A DNA stretch of 64,000 nt from an uncultured Chloroflexia bacterium (GTDB taxonomy: Bacteria; Chloroflexota; Anaerolineae; CG2-30-64-16), in contig CAVZDU010000001.1 of NCBI GenBank assembly GCA_963774265.1, positions 320,001 to 384,000 on the forward strand. The letters run 5' to 3'. How positions within the stretch are numbered: the first letter of the stretch is position 1; every line of letters starts with the position of its first letter. The translations under genes and the position numbers were made by a program. Positions 1 through 10,023 of the stretch are shown here, one piece after another. The notes under the pieces were generated by a model. That model was not told where the DNA came from, made no database searches, and saw only the letters and a program-made list of their open reading frames with translations.

Positions 1-816
1 CCCCAACCGGCGTCGCCTGCCCCGGCAAGGTGCGCGAGGAGTTCCGGGGCCGCGCCCCAGCGCAGCGCATCGGGTTGCACCTCGCGAGGACCGCGGTGGC
101 TGGAGCGGGCGAGGATGGCCAACCGGGCAGGGTCCGCGGCAGGCAGGCGAGCCGCGTCATTCACCGCCCCGGCCGCGATCACCGAGGGCAAGCCATCGAC
201 CCCCAGGTAAAGGGATGCGAGAACGTCGGGCGGGCAATGGGGAGCCCATTCAGCCAGCAGCGCCTGCAACTGAGCGTGCGCAGCGTTCAGCCCCATGCGT
301 GCCGTAAAGTAAACCTGCAAGGCGGCAAGAGCGTGCGGCTCCAATTCTTCCATCGCCTGGAGCAGATCCGCCTGAGTCCATCTCAACTCCTGCACGGAAG
401 TCAGCCAGCGCGAACAGGCGCGCCTGCAGGCCGAGGGCGTCGCCGGGAGTGGCTGCTATGCAGGCCTGGCAGCGTTTGACGGTGTTGTTGATTTGCAGAC
501 GCGCCAACAGCCCGCCCAACGCTTTGGGCTGCGCACGCCCCAACCACGCGGCGCCGGCCAGTGTTCGATCGGCCTGTGCCACGAGCGCCGAATTCAGATG
601 AATGATGCCACCGTCAGATCGCCAGAATAGCTCGTCGGGCGAAATCGAGCCTGTCCCAAGCTCGCTGTAGGCGCCGCGCAGTGCGGCCTCAGCCGGCGAC
701 CGCAACAGGGTCCAGGCGAAGGGTGTGGTCCGGGGGCCAAACAAATCACGGGCCAGGTCCCTCGTCCAGGAGGCCTGGCCCGTGCTAGCCGCTTTCAATA
801 ATTCGATTGACTTCAA
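1..816 (-). CDS. PEP-utilising enzyme / rifampin-phosphotransferase-like central-domain protein (frameshifted, runs off window edge)
   Basis: ORF 250..816 shifts frame near 410 and continues as ...SSHRGPREVQPDALRWG..., resembling the GHRGxxExxxxxPRW motif of PEP-synthase/RPH-like proteins; lies directly downstream of TetR. Confidence 0.4.
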
Positions 817-834
817 CAGATACCTTCCGCGGGG

Positions 835-1443
835 CTAGCCGATCGTACCAATCCCCAGCAGGAGCAAATCGACGATGCCTGTAAGGCGCTCGGTCAGGGG
901 GTAAGGCCGGGTGCTCTCGCACCAACGGACGAGTTGCTGCAGGTACAGGGCATCCAGCGCCGCAGCGAGCCCATCAGGGTCAAGGTTGCGGTTCACCTCG
1001 CCGTTATATTGCGCCTGGCGGATCATGAGCGATGCCACGGGCTGCAGGCTGAAACCGCCCGCGTCGCCGGCCAACAGATCGGGCGCTGTCACACCCTTGC
1101 GAAAGATCAGCGAGACCAGCGTGCGGTCCTGTTCCAGATTGGTCGCCAGCGCGGCCATGAGTCGCTTCAACTTGCCGATGGCGGTGCCGCGGCCGTTGCC
1201 ATTGCCCATGACTGAGGTGCCAAGACGGCCGATCTCGCGCGTGCCCAGGTAACGCAGCACTGCATCCTTGGTTGGGAAGTAGTTAAAGAAGGTGCCCTTA
1301 GCCAGCCCGGCATGCCGGGTTATCTGGTCCACGGTTGTGCCGTCGTAACCTTGCGTGCGGAAGAGGCTGAGTGCGGCCTCGTATATGCGTTCGCGCCGCT
1401 CCAGCTTAGCCTGTTCGCGCCGGCCTCGTGGTGGCTCTGTCAT
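835..1443 (-). CDS. TetR/AcrR family transcriptional regulator
   Basis: N-terminal HTH IYEAALSLFRTQGYDGTTVDQITRHAGLAKGTFFNYFPTKD. Confidence 0.93.
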   Translation of the reverse strand: MTEPPRGRREQAKLERRERIYEAALSLFRTQGYDGTTVDQITRHAGLAKGTFFNYFPTKDAVLRYLGTREIGRLGTSVMGNGNGRGTAIGKLKRLMAALATNLEQDRTLVSLIFRKGVTAPDLLAGDAGGFSLQPVASLMIRQAQYNGEVNRNLDPDGLAAALDALYLQQLVRWCESTRPYPLTERLTGIVDLLLLGIGTIG

Positions 1444-1543
1444 GCAACCCTCCGATGGAACTGCCTCTCGATGGTCTGATCACTCAGTGTTTCAGAGGTC
1501 TGTGTTGTGCTTTCCGATAATGGAGACGTCGCAAAAACGCGGA

Positions 1544-1572
1544 GGTTACGGGAAAAATGACCGCAGTTCAAA
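1544..1572 (-). promoter_or_regulatory. Putative tetR promoter with overlapping TetR-type operator
   Basis: Minus strand TTGAAC-N17-TAACCT; pseudo-palindrome TGAACTGCGGTCA (1558-1570) overlaps the -35 and spacer. Confidence 0.45.
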
Positions 1573-1585
1573 AATTTACAGTATT

Positions 1586-1621
1586 CGCCCCGGTTCGGAT
1601 GCACCAGCCCGAACCGGGGCG
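1586..1621 (-). terminator. Hairpin downstream of sodA (likely terminator)
   Basis: 13-bp perfect arms CGCCCCGGTTCGG / CCGAACCGGGGCG just after the sodA stop. Confidence 0.6.
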
Positions 1622-1628
1622 GTCATGA

Positions 1629-2234
1629 CTAGCGCCGCTCGAAGTTTCCGGCGACGGCCGGCCAGTTGATCACGTTGTAGAAATTGGCGATGTACTCGGG
1701 ACGGCGGTTCTGGTACTTGAGGTAGTAGGCATGCTCCCACACATCCAGGCCCAGGAGCGGCGTGTCGCCGGTCATCAAGGGACTGTCCTGGTTCGGGGTG
1801 CTGTAAACCTCCAGGCTGCCGTCCTTCTTCAGAACCAACCACGCCCAGCCGCTGCCAAAACGCGTGGTGGCCGCAACGGTAAACTTTTCTTTGAAAGCAT
1901 CGAAGCTGCCGAAGGCCTTGTCTATGGCGGCAGCCAGCTTACCCGTCGGTGCGCCGCCCGCATTCGGGGCCATGACCTTCCAGAAGAGGTTGTGGTTCAC
2001 AAAACCCCCGCCGTTGTTGCGCACCACGGTGCGAATGCTCTCAGGGACGCGATCGATCTTCGCCAGGAGTTCCTCGACCGGCATGTCGGCCCACTCGGTG
2101 CCGTCAATCGCCTTGTTAAGGTTATTCAGGTAAGCCGCGTGATGTTTATCGTGATGGATCTGCATCGTCATCGTGTCAATCCAAGGCTCGAGTGCAGCGT
2201 AATCATACGGAAGTGGCGCCAGTTGATGTGTCAT
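1629..2234 (-). CDS. sodA: Superoxide dismutase [Mn/Fe], probably Mn-type
   Basis: [49 protein letters not shown]; RBS AGGAGG before ATG at 2234. Confidence 0.96.
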   Translation of the reverse strand: MTHQLAPLPYDYAALEPWIDTMTMQIHHDKHHAAYLNNLNKAIDGTEWADMPVEELLAKIDRVPESIRTVVRNNGGGFVNHNLFWKVMAPNAGGAPTGKLAAAIDKAFGSFDAFKEKFTVAATTRFGSGWAWLVLKKDGSLEVYSTPNQDSPLMTGDTPLLGLDVWEHAYYLKYQNRRPEYIANFYNVINWPAVAGNFERR

Positions 2235-2279
2235 TTCATTCCCTCCTAAAGGTGTTAGTTTCGATTCAATCGTAACGTC

Positions 2280-2335
2280 AGGATACTCCTGGTTGAAATA
2301 TTTGTCAAATTTATAAAGCAATAAGTTTATAAATT
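2280..2335 (-). promoter_or_regulatory. sodA sigma70 promoter plus upstream AT-rich palindrome
   Basis: TTGACA(2308-2303)-N17-TATCCT; inverted repeat AATTTATAAA-N8-TTTATAAATT at 2308-2335. Confidence 0.6.
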
Positions 2336-2368
2336 CATCCAGGCGGCGTCTGTCGAGGCGCGGTGCTT

Positions 2369-2396
2369 TTGACAGGGGAAAGGGCTGGAGTATAAT
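2369..2396 (+). promoter_or_regulatory. Consensus sigma70 promoter for the K+ transport operon
   Basis: TTGACA-N16-TATAAT. Confidence 0.7.
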
Positions 2397-2417
2397 AGAT
2401 CGCCTGAAGCATCTGGC

Positions 2418-2452
2418 AAAGCCTGCCCGCACTGCGGGTGGGTTTTTTATTT
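2418..2452 (+). terminator. Intrinsic terminator inside the 5' leader of the K+ permease
   Basis: GCCTGCCCGC-act-GCGGGTGGGT stem (G-U pairs work on the plus strand only) followed by TTTTTTATTT. Confidence 0.6.
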
Positions 2453-2512
2453 CCCGTGTCGTTGTGGAATTGAGGAAATGGGTCGCGTTGTCCTGCGCGG
2501 CCCAAAGCAAGC

Positions 2513-4456
2513 ATGCAACCCGTTGATGACAACCCTATCGGCGTGCAACATCGCAGCACCGATTATGTCCCTCCGCACTCTTGGCGCACCTGGTTGTTTG
2601 GCCGGCCGCTGACCACGGCCGACGCCCCACATCAGGCGATTCGCAAAATCGTCGGATTGGCGGTCTTTTCTTCGGATGCCATGTCGTCGTCAGCCTATGC
2701 GACGCAGGAAATGCTGGTCATGCTGGCACTGGCTGGCACCGCGGCCTTTGGCTACGCTATCCCTTTGTCTTTTGCCATCGTTGGCCTCCTGGCCATCGTC
2801 ACCATTTCATATGAGCAGACGATCCACGCCTATCCCGGCGGCGGCGGCGCGTACATCGTCGTCGCGGGACAACCTGGGCGAGTTGCCCGCCCAGGTAGCC
2901 GGCGCCGCGCTGCTGACCGATTACATCCTGACCGTCGCCGTGTCCATCTCCTCGGGCGTCGCGCAGATCACCTCCGCCCTCCCCGCGGTATTTCCGTGGC
3001 GCGTCGAGATCGCGGTTGTATTGGTATTCTTTGTGATGGTGATCAACTTGCGCGGCGTGAAGGAGTCAGGGACGATCTTCGCGATCCCGACCTACTTCTT
3101 CATCTTCATGATGTTTGCCACTGTCATCGTAGGCCTGGTTCGCTACCTGTCCGGCAGCCTCGGCACGGTGATCGATCCGCCGGAATTGGAGATGATCCAC
3201 GGCGCGCAGACGGTGTCACTCTTCTTGATCCTGCGCGCATTCGCCAACGGCACCAGCGCGCTCACCGGTGTGGAGGCCATTTCCAACGGCATCCCCGCTT
3301 TCCAGGAGCCGCGCAGCCGCAATGCCGGCGTCACCCTGATCTGGATGTCCTCCATTTTGGGCGCCCTCCTGCTCGGCATCACCTTCCTGGCTGTGCACAT
3401 CGGCGCGGTGCCATCCGAGTTCGAGACGGTCATATCCGCAGTTAGGCCGGACGGCCTTTGGCGGCCGCAACACTCTCTACCTGTTAGTTATCACTGCAAC
3501 ATCATTGATCTTGATCATGGCCGCGAACACGGCCTTCGCGGACTTTCCCCGGTTATCAGCCTTGCTCGCCCAGGACGGCTTCCTGCCGCGCCAGTTGGCC
3601 TACCGCGGCAGCCGGCTCGTCTTCTCACGCGGCATCTTTGCTCTGGCAGCAATCGCCGCGCTCCTGATTGTCTTGTTCGATGCTTCGGTGACGGCCTTGA
3701 TCCCGCTCTACGCCATCGGGGTCTTCCTCTCCTTCACGATATCGCAAACCGGCATGGCCATACGTTGGCGCAAGATCGGCCGGCTAAAACCGGACGAGGA
3801 GCGCAAGGAACGCGGGTCGACACTGCGATACGAACCAAACTGGCAGATCAAGATGTTTGTCAACGGCTTCGGCGCGATCCTGACCGCTGTCGTAGCCGTG
3901 GTATTCGCGGTGGCCAAGTTCACCGACGGCGCCTACATCATCCTGATTCTGATTCCCTTCATCGTGTTCTGGCTGAGCAGCATTCATCGTCACTATCGCA
4001 ACCTGGCGCGCAGCCTGTCGCTGGAGGACTTCGGCGAACCGCCGCCGGTCTCCCGCCATCGGGTCATCTTGCCCCTGAGCGGCGTGCACCGCGGCACCTT
4101 GGCTGCATTACGGTACGCGGCAGGAGTTATCGCAGGACGTCACCGCAGTGCACGTGTCGGTTGACCCGGACGAAACCGAGAAGCTACAAAAGAAGTGGGA
4201 CACCTGGGGTGAAGGCGTCCGCCTGGTGATCGTGGAGTCGCCATACCGTCTGCTCGTCGAGCCGTTGCTGGAATACATCGAGGACATCATCGGGCAACGC
4301 CAGCCGAACGATATCATCACTGTCGTAGTGCCGCGCTTCGTGCCCAAGCGGGCGGCCGCGAATCTATTGCACACGCAGGCAGCCACCTGGTTACAGTTGG
4401 CTCTGCTGGGAAGGCCGGGCGTCGTCATCACAGACGTGCCCTATCAGGTCGAATAG
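2513..4456 (+). CDS. APC-superfamily K+ permease, KimA/YdaO-like (3 frameshifts)
   Basis: [80 protein letters not shown]-type C-terminus; pieced from ORFs 2513, 2676, 3505 and 4148. Confidence 0.88.
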
Positions 4457-4473
4457 AACTGTCAGAGGAAAAG

Positions 4474-5133
4474 ATGAACATCATTGTTGTGGGGTGCGGT
4501 CGGGTCGGCTCCGAACTGGCCTACAATCTCTATCAACGCGGCCATAAGGTTGTGGTGCTGGACCAGAACCCGGATGCATTCAGGAACCTCCCGGCCGACT
4601 TTCGCGGCCGCACGATGGCCGGCGATGTGCTCAACAAGGAGCTTCTGCTGCGTGCCGGCATTGATAGCGCGGATGCGCTGGCCGCGGTCACGCCAGTTGA
4701 TTCGGTCAACGCGGTGATCGCCCATACCGCCAAAGTCGTCTGGAAGGTTAAGAACATCGTGGTTCGCGATTTCGAGCCAAACAAGCGCGGCCTGCACGAA
4801 GCGTTCGGCTACCAGATGGTCAGCCCCAGCCTCTGGGGCGCGCAACGGATTGAAGAGATGCTGAGCGGCGGTGCGCTGCGCACCGTGTTCTCTGCGGGCA
4901 ATGGCGAGGTCGAAGTGTACGAATTCACCGTACCGGCCGCGTGGCACGGAAAGCATCTGACGGAACTCGTGTACAATGGCAATTGCCAACCCGTCGCGGT
5001 ATCGCGTGCCGGCAGCGCGATGCTTCCATCGCCGAGTCTGCTCGTTCAGACGGGCGACGTGATTCACGTCAGCGCCACCCAGGACGGCGTTGAAGCGCTA
5101 CGGCTGCGGCTCATAGAGGTCGAGGAGGGCTGA
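4474..5133 (+). CDS. TrkA family potassium uptake protein (RCK_N + RCK_C)
   Basis: IIVVGCGRVG Rossmann motif, AGIDSADA, C-terminal RCK_C. Confidence 0.9.
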   Translation: MNIIVVGCGRVGSELAYNLYQRGHKVVVLDQNPDAFRNLPADFRGRTMAGDVLNKELLLRAGIDSADALAAVTPVDSVNAVIAHTAKVVWKVKNIVVRDFEPNKRGLHEAFGYQMVSPSLWGAQRIEEMLSGGALRTVFSAGNGEVEVYEFTVPAAWHGKHLTELVYNGNCQPVAVSRAGSAMLPSPSLLVQTGDVIHVSATQDGVEALRLRLIEVEEG

Positions 5134-5134
5134 G

Positions 5135-5809
5135 ATGTTCGTTATCATCGTAGGCGGTGGCCGGACGGGCGCCCAACTCGCATCTCTGCTGGTGCAGCAG
5201 AATCACAAGGTGCACCTTGTGGAGCAGCGCCCCGATGTGCTCAATCGCATCCACCATGAATTGCCCACGGAGGTCATCTACCAGGGTGACCCCACGGACC
5301 CTGAGGTGCTAGAAGCCGCGGGCATCCGCGAGGCTCAGGTGCTGGCCGCCTGCACCACCAGTGACGCGGACAATCTGGTGCTATGCTATCTTGCTCGGCA
5401 GCGCTACGGTATCGGTCGGACGATCGCGCGCATCAACAACCCGCGGAGCGCCTGGTTCTTCGATGAGAAGTTCAACGTCGATGTGGCGCTCAACCAGGCC
5501 GACCTGATGGCCAAGCTGATCGCGGAAGAAATGTCGTTAGGCGACATGATGACGTTGCTCAAGATGCGCAAAGGCGCGGTCTCGCTGGTGGAAGAAAAAA
5601 TCGCAGCCGGCGCCGTGGCCGATGGCGCGTTTGTGCGCGATCTTAAGCTGCCCGAGGACTGCACCCTGGCGGCCGTCATTCGCAAGGAAGATGTATTCGC
5701 TGTGCGCGGTGACACGCGTCTCCAGGCCGGCGATGAGGTCCTGGCCGTGGTCGCCACCGAACAGAAACCCGCCCTGGCTGCCATCCTGGGCCATACGAAG
5801 AGCATCTAG
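5135..5809 (+). CDS. TrkA family potassium uptake protein (second subunit)
   Basis: IIVGGGRTG, GDPTDPEVLEAAGI, DADNL, TIARINNP, LQAGDEV. Confidence 0.9.
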   Translation: MFVIIVGGGRTGAQLASLLVQQNHKVHLVEQRPDVLNRIHHELPTEVIYQGDPTDPEVLEAAGIREAQVLAACTTSDADNLVLCYLARQRYGIGRTIARINNPRSAWFFDEKFNVDVALNQADLMAKLIAEEMSLGDMMTLLKMRKGAVSLVEEKIAAGAVADGAFVRDLKLPEDCTLAAVIRKEDVFAVRGDTRLQAGDEVLAVVATEQKPALAAILGHTKSI

Positions 5810-7408
5810 CAGCCTGTCGGGGAGTTGCCACTGTGGGACAGGCTGAATCGTGATACACTGGTCGCATGACCAGAAAATTCAAGACGGTTGACTACGAAGC
5901 GGCTCTCGATCAGACGGCGGTCAGTCTGCGAGAAGCGTTGCCGGCCAATCATCTGGCTCGGTTCGTGGTAGAGTTGGTGGCCCAGCTGGATTTAACCAAC
6001 ATCTACCAACGCTATGGAGCACACGGCGGCGAAGCCTATGCGCCGGAGGATCCTGCTGGCGCTGTTGTTTTACGGCTACGCCACTGGCGTGTTCAGTTCC
6101 CGCAAGATCGAAAGGGCGACCTACGAGACGTTGCCTTTCCGGTTTGTAGCGGGCGGGCTGCATCCCGATCACGACACGCTGGCGAACTTTCGCAAGACGT
6201 TTCGGGTCGAGATCAAAGAGCTGTTCGTGCAAGTGCTGTTTCTGGCCCAGGCTACTGGCTACTTCAAGCTTGGCAACATCAGCATGGATGGCTCCAAGGT
6301 GCATGCCAATGCTTCCAAGAGCAAGGCGATCAGCTTCAAACGGCTACTGGAACTGGAAGCCCACTTGCGGGCCGAAGTGGACCAGTTGTTCATCCTGGCT
6401 GAACAGGCGGACCGCCACGAACTGTCGGACGCCATGAATGTCGCCGACGAGATCACTTTACGACAGGAACGTCTTGAGCGGTTGGCCGAGGCCAAGAAGG
6501 TGCTGCAAGCCCGGGCGCAGGAGCGGCAGGCGGCCGAGCAGGCCGAGTACGAAGCCAAGCAACGTGAGCGCGCGGCCAAAGCCAAGCGCTCAGGACGCAA
6601 GCCGCCGGGACGGCCGCCAACGCCGCCGTCTGGCGAGCCGCAGGACAAGGACCCGTACAACTTCACCGACCCTGAGTCGCGGATCATGAAGTGTTCCAGC
6701 AGCGCCGGGTTTGAGCAAGCCTACAACGCCCAGGTGGCAGTAGACCAGGATAGCTTGTTGATCGTCGCCTATAGCTTGTCCAACCACCCGAACGACAAAG
6801 CCGAGGCTGAACCAACTCTGGAAGCTCTGCCACCGGCCCTGGGCACGCCCGCAGCGGCGGCGCTGGACAACGGCTTCTGGAGCGAGAAGAATCTCGCTGC
6901 TCTGGAAAAGCGGCGCATCGAGCCTTACATCGCCACGGGCCGCGAGCCGCATCACAAGAGTTGGCAAGAGCGCTTCACCGCCGAGCCCGAGCCGCCAGCG
7001 GAGGATGCCAGCCCGCAGGTCAAGATGGCCTACAGGCTGCGTACTGAGATCGGCCAGGCGATCTACCGCTTACGCAAATGCACCGTCGAGCCGGTGATTG
7101 GCATCATCAAAGCGGTGCTCGGCTTCCGCCAGTTCTCGTTACGCGGCCTCAACGCCGCCAATAGCGAATGGGCCCTGGTCTGTTTGGCCTTTAACCTGAA
7201 GCGCATGCATACGTTGAGCTTGGCCTAACCGCGCCCAGCGCATGCTGGAGGCGGCTCGATGCAGCGCCGCCCGCCTGATTTTGGGATGTTAAGGATCATT
7301 TTCGATACTCGCCTGCCGGAGACCGTCACTACCAGCCGCTAACGTTAGCCCTTTGGGCTTACCGTACCGGCTGTTAGCCAGCCAATAACGCTCCTCTCCG
7401 ACAGGCTG
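5810..7408 (+). mobile_element. IS1182-family insertion sequence, 1599 bp
   Basis: TIRs CAGCCTGTCGGGGAG / CTCTCCGACAGGCTG (14/15 match), flanked by CTAG duplication at 5806-5809 and 7409-7412. Confidence 0.9.
5866..7228 (+). CDS. IS1182 family DDE transposase (one frameshift near 6050)
   Basis: LPANHLARFV, GVFSSRKIE, HPDHDTLANFRK, DGSKVHANASK, TDPESRIM, YNAQ, DNGF, RKCTVEPVIGIIK...GFRQFSLRGL. Confidence 0.92.
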
Positions 7409-7451
7409 CTAGCACTGGAAACCGTCCCCTTGGGGACATTGGAGCAGGGAT

Positions 7452-9213
7452 ATGTCTGAGAAGATCCTCGTCTGCGTCGCCTGGCCCTACTGCAACGGCG
7501 ACATGCACATCGGCCACATCGCCGGCGCTTATCTGCCGTCGGACATTTTCGCGCGCTATCATCGGCTGCGCGGCAATGACGTGCTGATGGTTTCCGGTTC
7601 CGACACCCACGGCACACCGATCACCGTGCGCGCCGAGGAGGAGGGCATCACCCCGCGCGAGGTGGTGGATCGCTACCACCCTCGCAATGTGGAGATGATG
7701 CGGCAGCTGGGGATCAGCTTCGACCTGTTTACGGAAACCGACACCGAAAACCACTGGGCCGTCACCCAGGAGATGTTTCTCAAACACATCGAGCATGAAA
7801 TCGTTTATCGCGATGTCATGCCCCAACTCTACTGCATTGACTGCAACAAGTGGCTGGCCGACCGCTACGTCGAAGGCGTCTGCCCGCATTGCGGCTTTGA
7901 TGGCGCGCGCGGAGATCAATGCGACAACTGCGGCCGGACGTACGATGCGACGGAGCTGCTGCAACCCGCGCTGCAAAAACTGCGGCGGCAGCAACATCGA
8001 GGTGCGTGAGACGGAGCACTTCTTCCTGAACTTGCGCGTTCTGAACCAGCCATTACTCGACTGGATCACGGACGGCACAAAGGATCACTGGCGGCCCAGT
8101 GTGTATAACTATACGTTGTCGCGCCTGGAGCGCCACGATTTGCGCGGCCGGCCGATTACCCGCGATATCTCCTGGGGCGTCACCATCCCCGTGCCCGGAT
8201 TCGAGGAAAAACGAATTTATGTGTGGTACGACGCCGTCATCGGCTACCTGTCCGCCTCCAAGGAATGGGCCTCCGTGATTGGCCAGCCCGACGCGTGGCG
8301 CGCCTGGTGGCAAGACCCCACCTCGCGCACCTACCACTTCATCGGCAAGGACAACATCGACTTCCACACCATCATCTGGCCCGGCATGCTCATCGGCTAT
8401 GACCGCAGCCTCAATCTCCCTTACGACGTGCCTGCCAATGAATACCTCAACGTCGAAGGCCGTAAGCTGAGCAAGAGCCGGCGCTGGATGATCGTGATGC
8501 GCGATGTGCTCGAACGGTACGCGCCCGACCCGTGGCGGTACGCGCTGACGGCGAGCATGCCCGAAAGCACCGATGTCAACTTCACCTGGGAAGAGTTCGT
8601 CCGCCGGAACAACGAAGAACTGGTCGCGACCTGGGGCAACCTGGCGAACAGGGTGTTGGGATTCGCGTACAAACGATTCGACGGCAAGGTCCCCGCATCT
8701 CGCGATCTGGACGCGGATGATCAAACGATGCTGGATGCCATCGCACCGGCTTTCCAGCGGGTAACCGCCGCGCTGGAGGCAGTGAAGCTCAAGCAGGCGC
8801 TCGGTGAGGCCATGACGCTGGCGCATGAGGCCAACCGTTATCTGAACCTCAAGGAACCCTGGAAGCAGATCAAAACCGATCCACAGGCGGCCGAAACCAG
8901 CGTGTTCGTCGCCCTGCGCGTCATCGACACGCTCAAGACGCTGCTGGCTCCGTTCCTGCCGTTCACCTGCCAGGCCCTGCATGAGTATCTCGGCTACGAC
9001 GGCGACCTGTTCGGCCAACTGTACACCGAGACGTTGCATGAATCCGAAAGATCACACCTGGCGCTGCGCTACGATGACAGCACCACGACCCGACGCTGGG
9101 CCGTGAGCGACTTGCAGCCCGGCCAGCCCTTGCGCGAACCAAAACCGCTGTTCCTCAAACTGGAACCCTCTGTCGCCGAGGAAGAAATCGAACGCATGAT
9201 GGCCACGACGTGA
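7452..9213 (+). CDS. metG: Methionine--tRNA ligase (frameshift near 7965)
   Basis: [22 protein letters not shown], zinc knuckle, [26 protein letters not shown]. Confidence 0.95.
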
Positions 9214-9218
9214 TCCCC

Positions 9219-9285
9219 GCCGTCCCTGTAAATAACTATCAAGAAAGTCATAGTAATTGACAGGGACGGCCCTCTATGCTATGAT
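9219..9285 (+). promoter_or_regulatory. Promoter of SufR-like gene overlapped by a 21-bp-arm inverted repeat
   Basis: TTGACA(9257-9262)-N17-TATGAT with TGn extension; IR arms 9219-9239 and 9250-9270 (19/21 match). Confidence 0.65.
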
Positions 9286-9363
9286 GTTGTCTCTGGCTCG
9301 CCTGAAAGTCACAGTCGTGCGTATCGGGCGGGCTTTACTGTAGCCAGGTCAGAGGGGGAAATC

Positions 9364-10023
9364 GTGCAGTCGGTTCGGCGGCGTATCACCGAGATTCTAA
9401 AAGAAGAGGGTGCTGCCACGGTGGCGGAACTGGCAGGTCAGCTCGGCATGGCCCAGGTTTCGGTCCGCCATCACCTGGACATCCTGGTCGGCGAAGATCT
9501 GGTGGAGCTCACCGGTGTTCGTCGTCGCGACGGTGCCGGCCGGCCAAGCCAAATGTACGCGCTGACCCGCAACGCTATGACGCTGTTTCCCCAACGCAAC
9601 GCACAACTGGCGAGCAGCGTCTTAACCGAGCTCAAGGCCGTGCTGCCACAGGACGCGGTGCGTGAGCTATTGATCCGGGTTGCGGAAAAAACCGCGCGCG
9701 AGGCGCCCAAGCCATCATTCAACCAGACGCCGGAAGAGCGGCTGGACCAGGTGGCCGGTTTTCTGACCCAGAAGGGCTACAGTGCGCGCTGGGAAACCTG
9801 CAACGGGCGCTACGAATTGCATGCCTGCAACTGCCCGTACAGCGGGGTGGCCGACCAACATCCTGAACTTTGTGTGATGGATCACATGCTGATCGAACAT
9901 CTGCTGCCCGATGCAATTCGCCTGCAATCCCGCGTGGTGGATGGCTCCACACGATGCACTTACGTCCTTGAGTCCAGCGCCAAACCGATGGAGGAGATCT
10001 CGGGTTCATCCGAGATGCGATGA
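9364..10023 (+). CDS. SufR-like ArsR/HTH regulator with C-terminal Cys motif
   Basis: HTH TVAELAGQLGMAQVSVRHHLDIL, GRPSQMY, C-terminal CNCPY...ELC...C. Confidence 0.75.
   Translation: MQSVRRRITEILKEEGAATVAELAGQLGMAQVSVRHHLDILVGEDLVELTGVRRRDGAGRPSQMYALTRNAMTLFPQRNAQLASSVLTELKAVLPQDAVRELLIRVAEKTAREAPKPSFNQTPEERLDQVAGFLTQKGYSARWETCNGRYELHACNCPYSGVADQHPELCVMDHMLIEHLLPDAIRLQSRVVDGSTRCTYVLESSAKPMEEISGSSEMR

Noticed and set aside
2400-2512. Canonical c-di-AMP (ydaO) riboswitch before the KimA-like gene
   Set aside because: Leader is too short and lacks recognisable ydaO conserved segments
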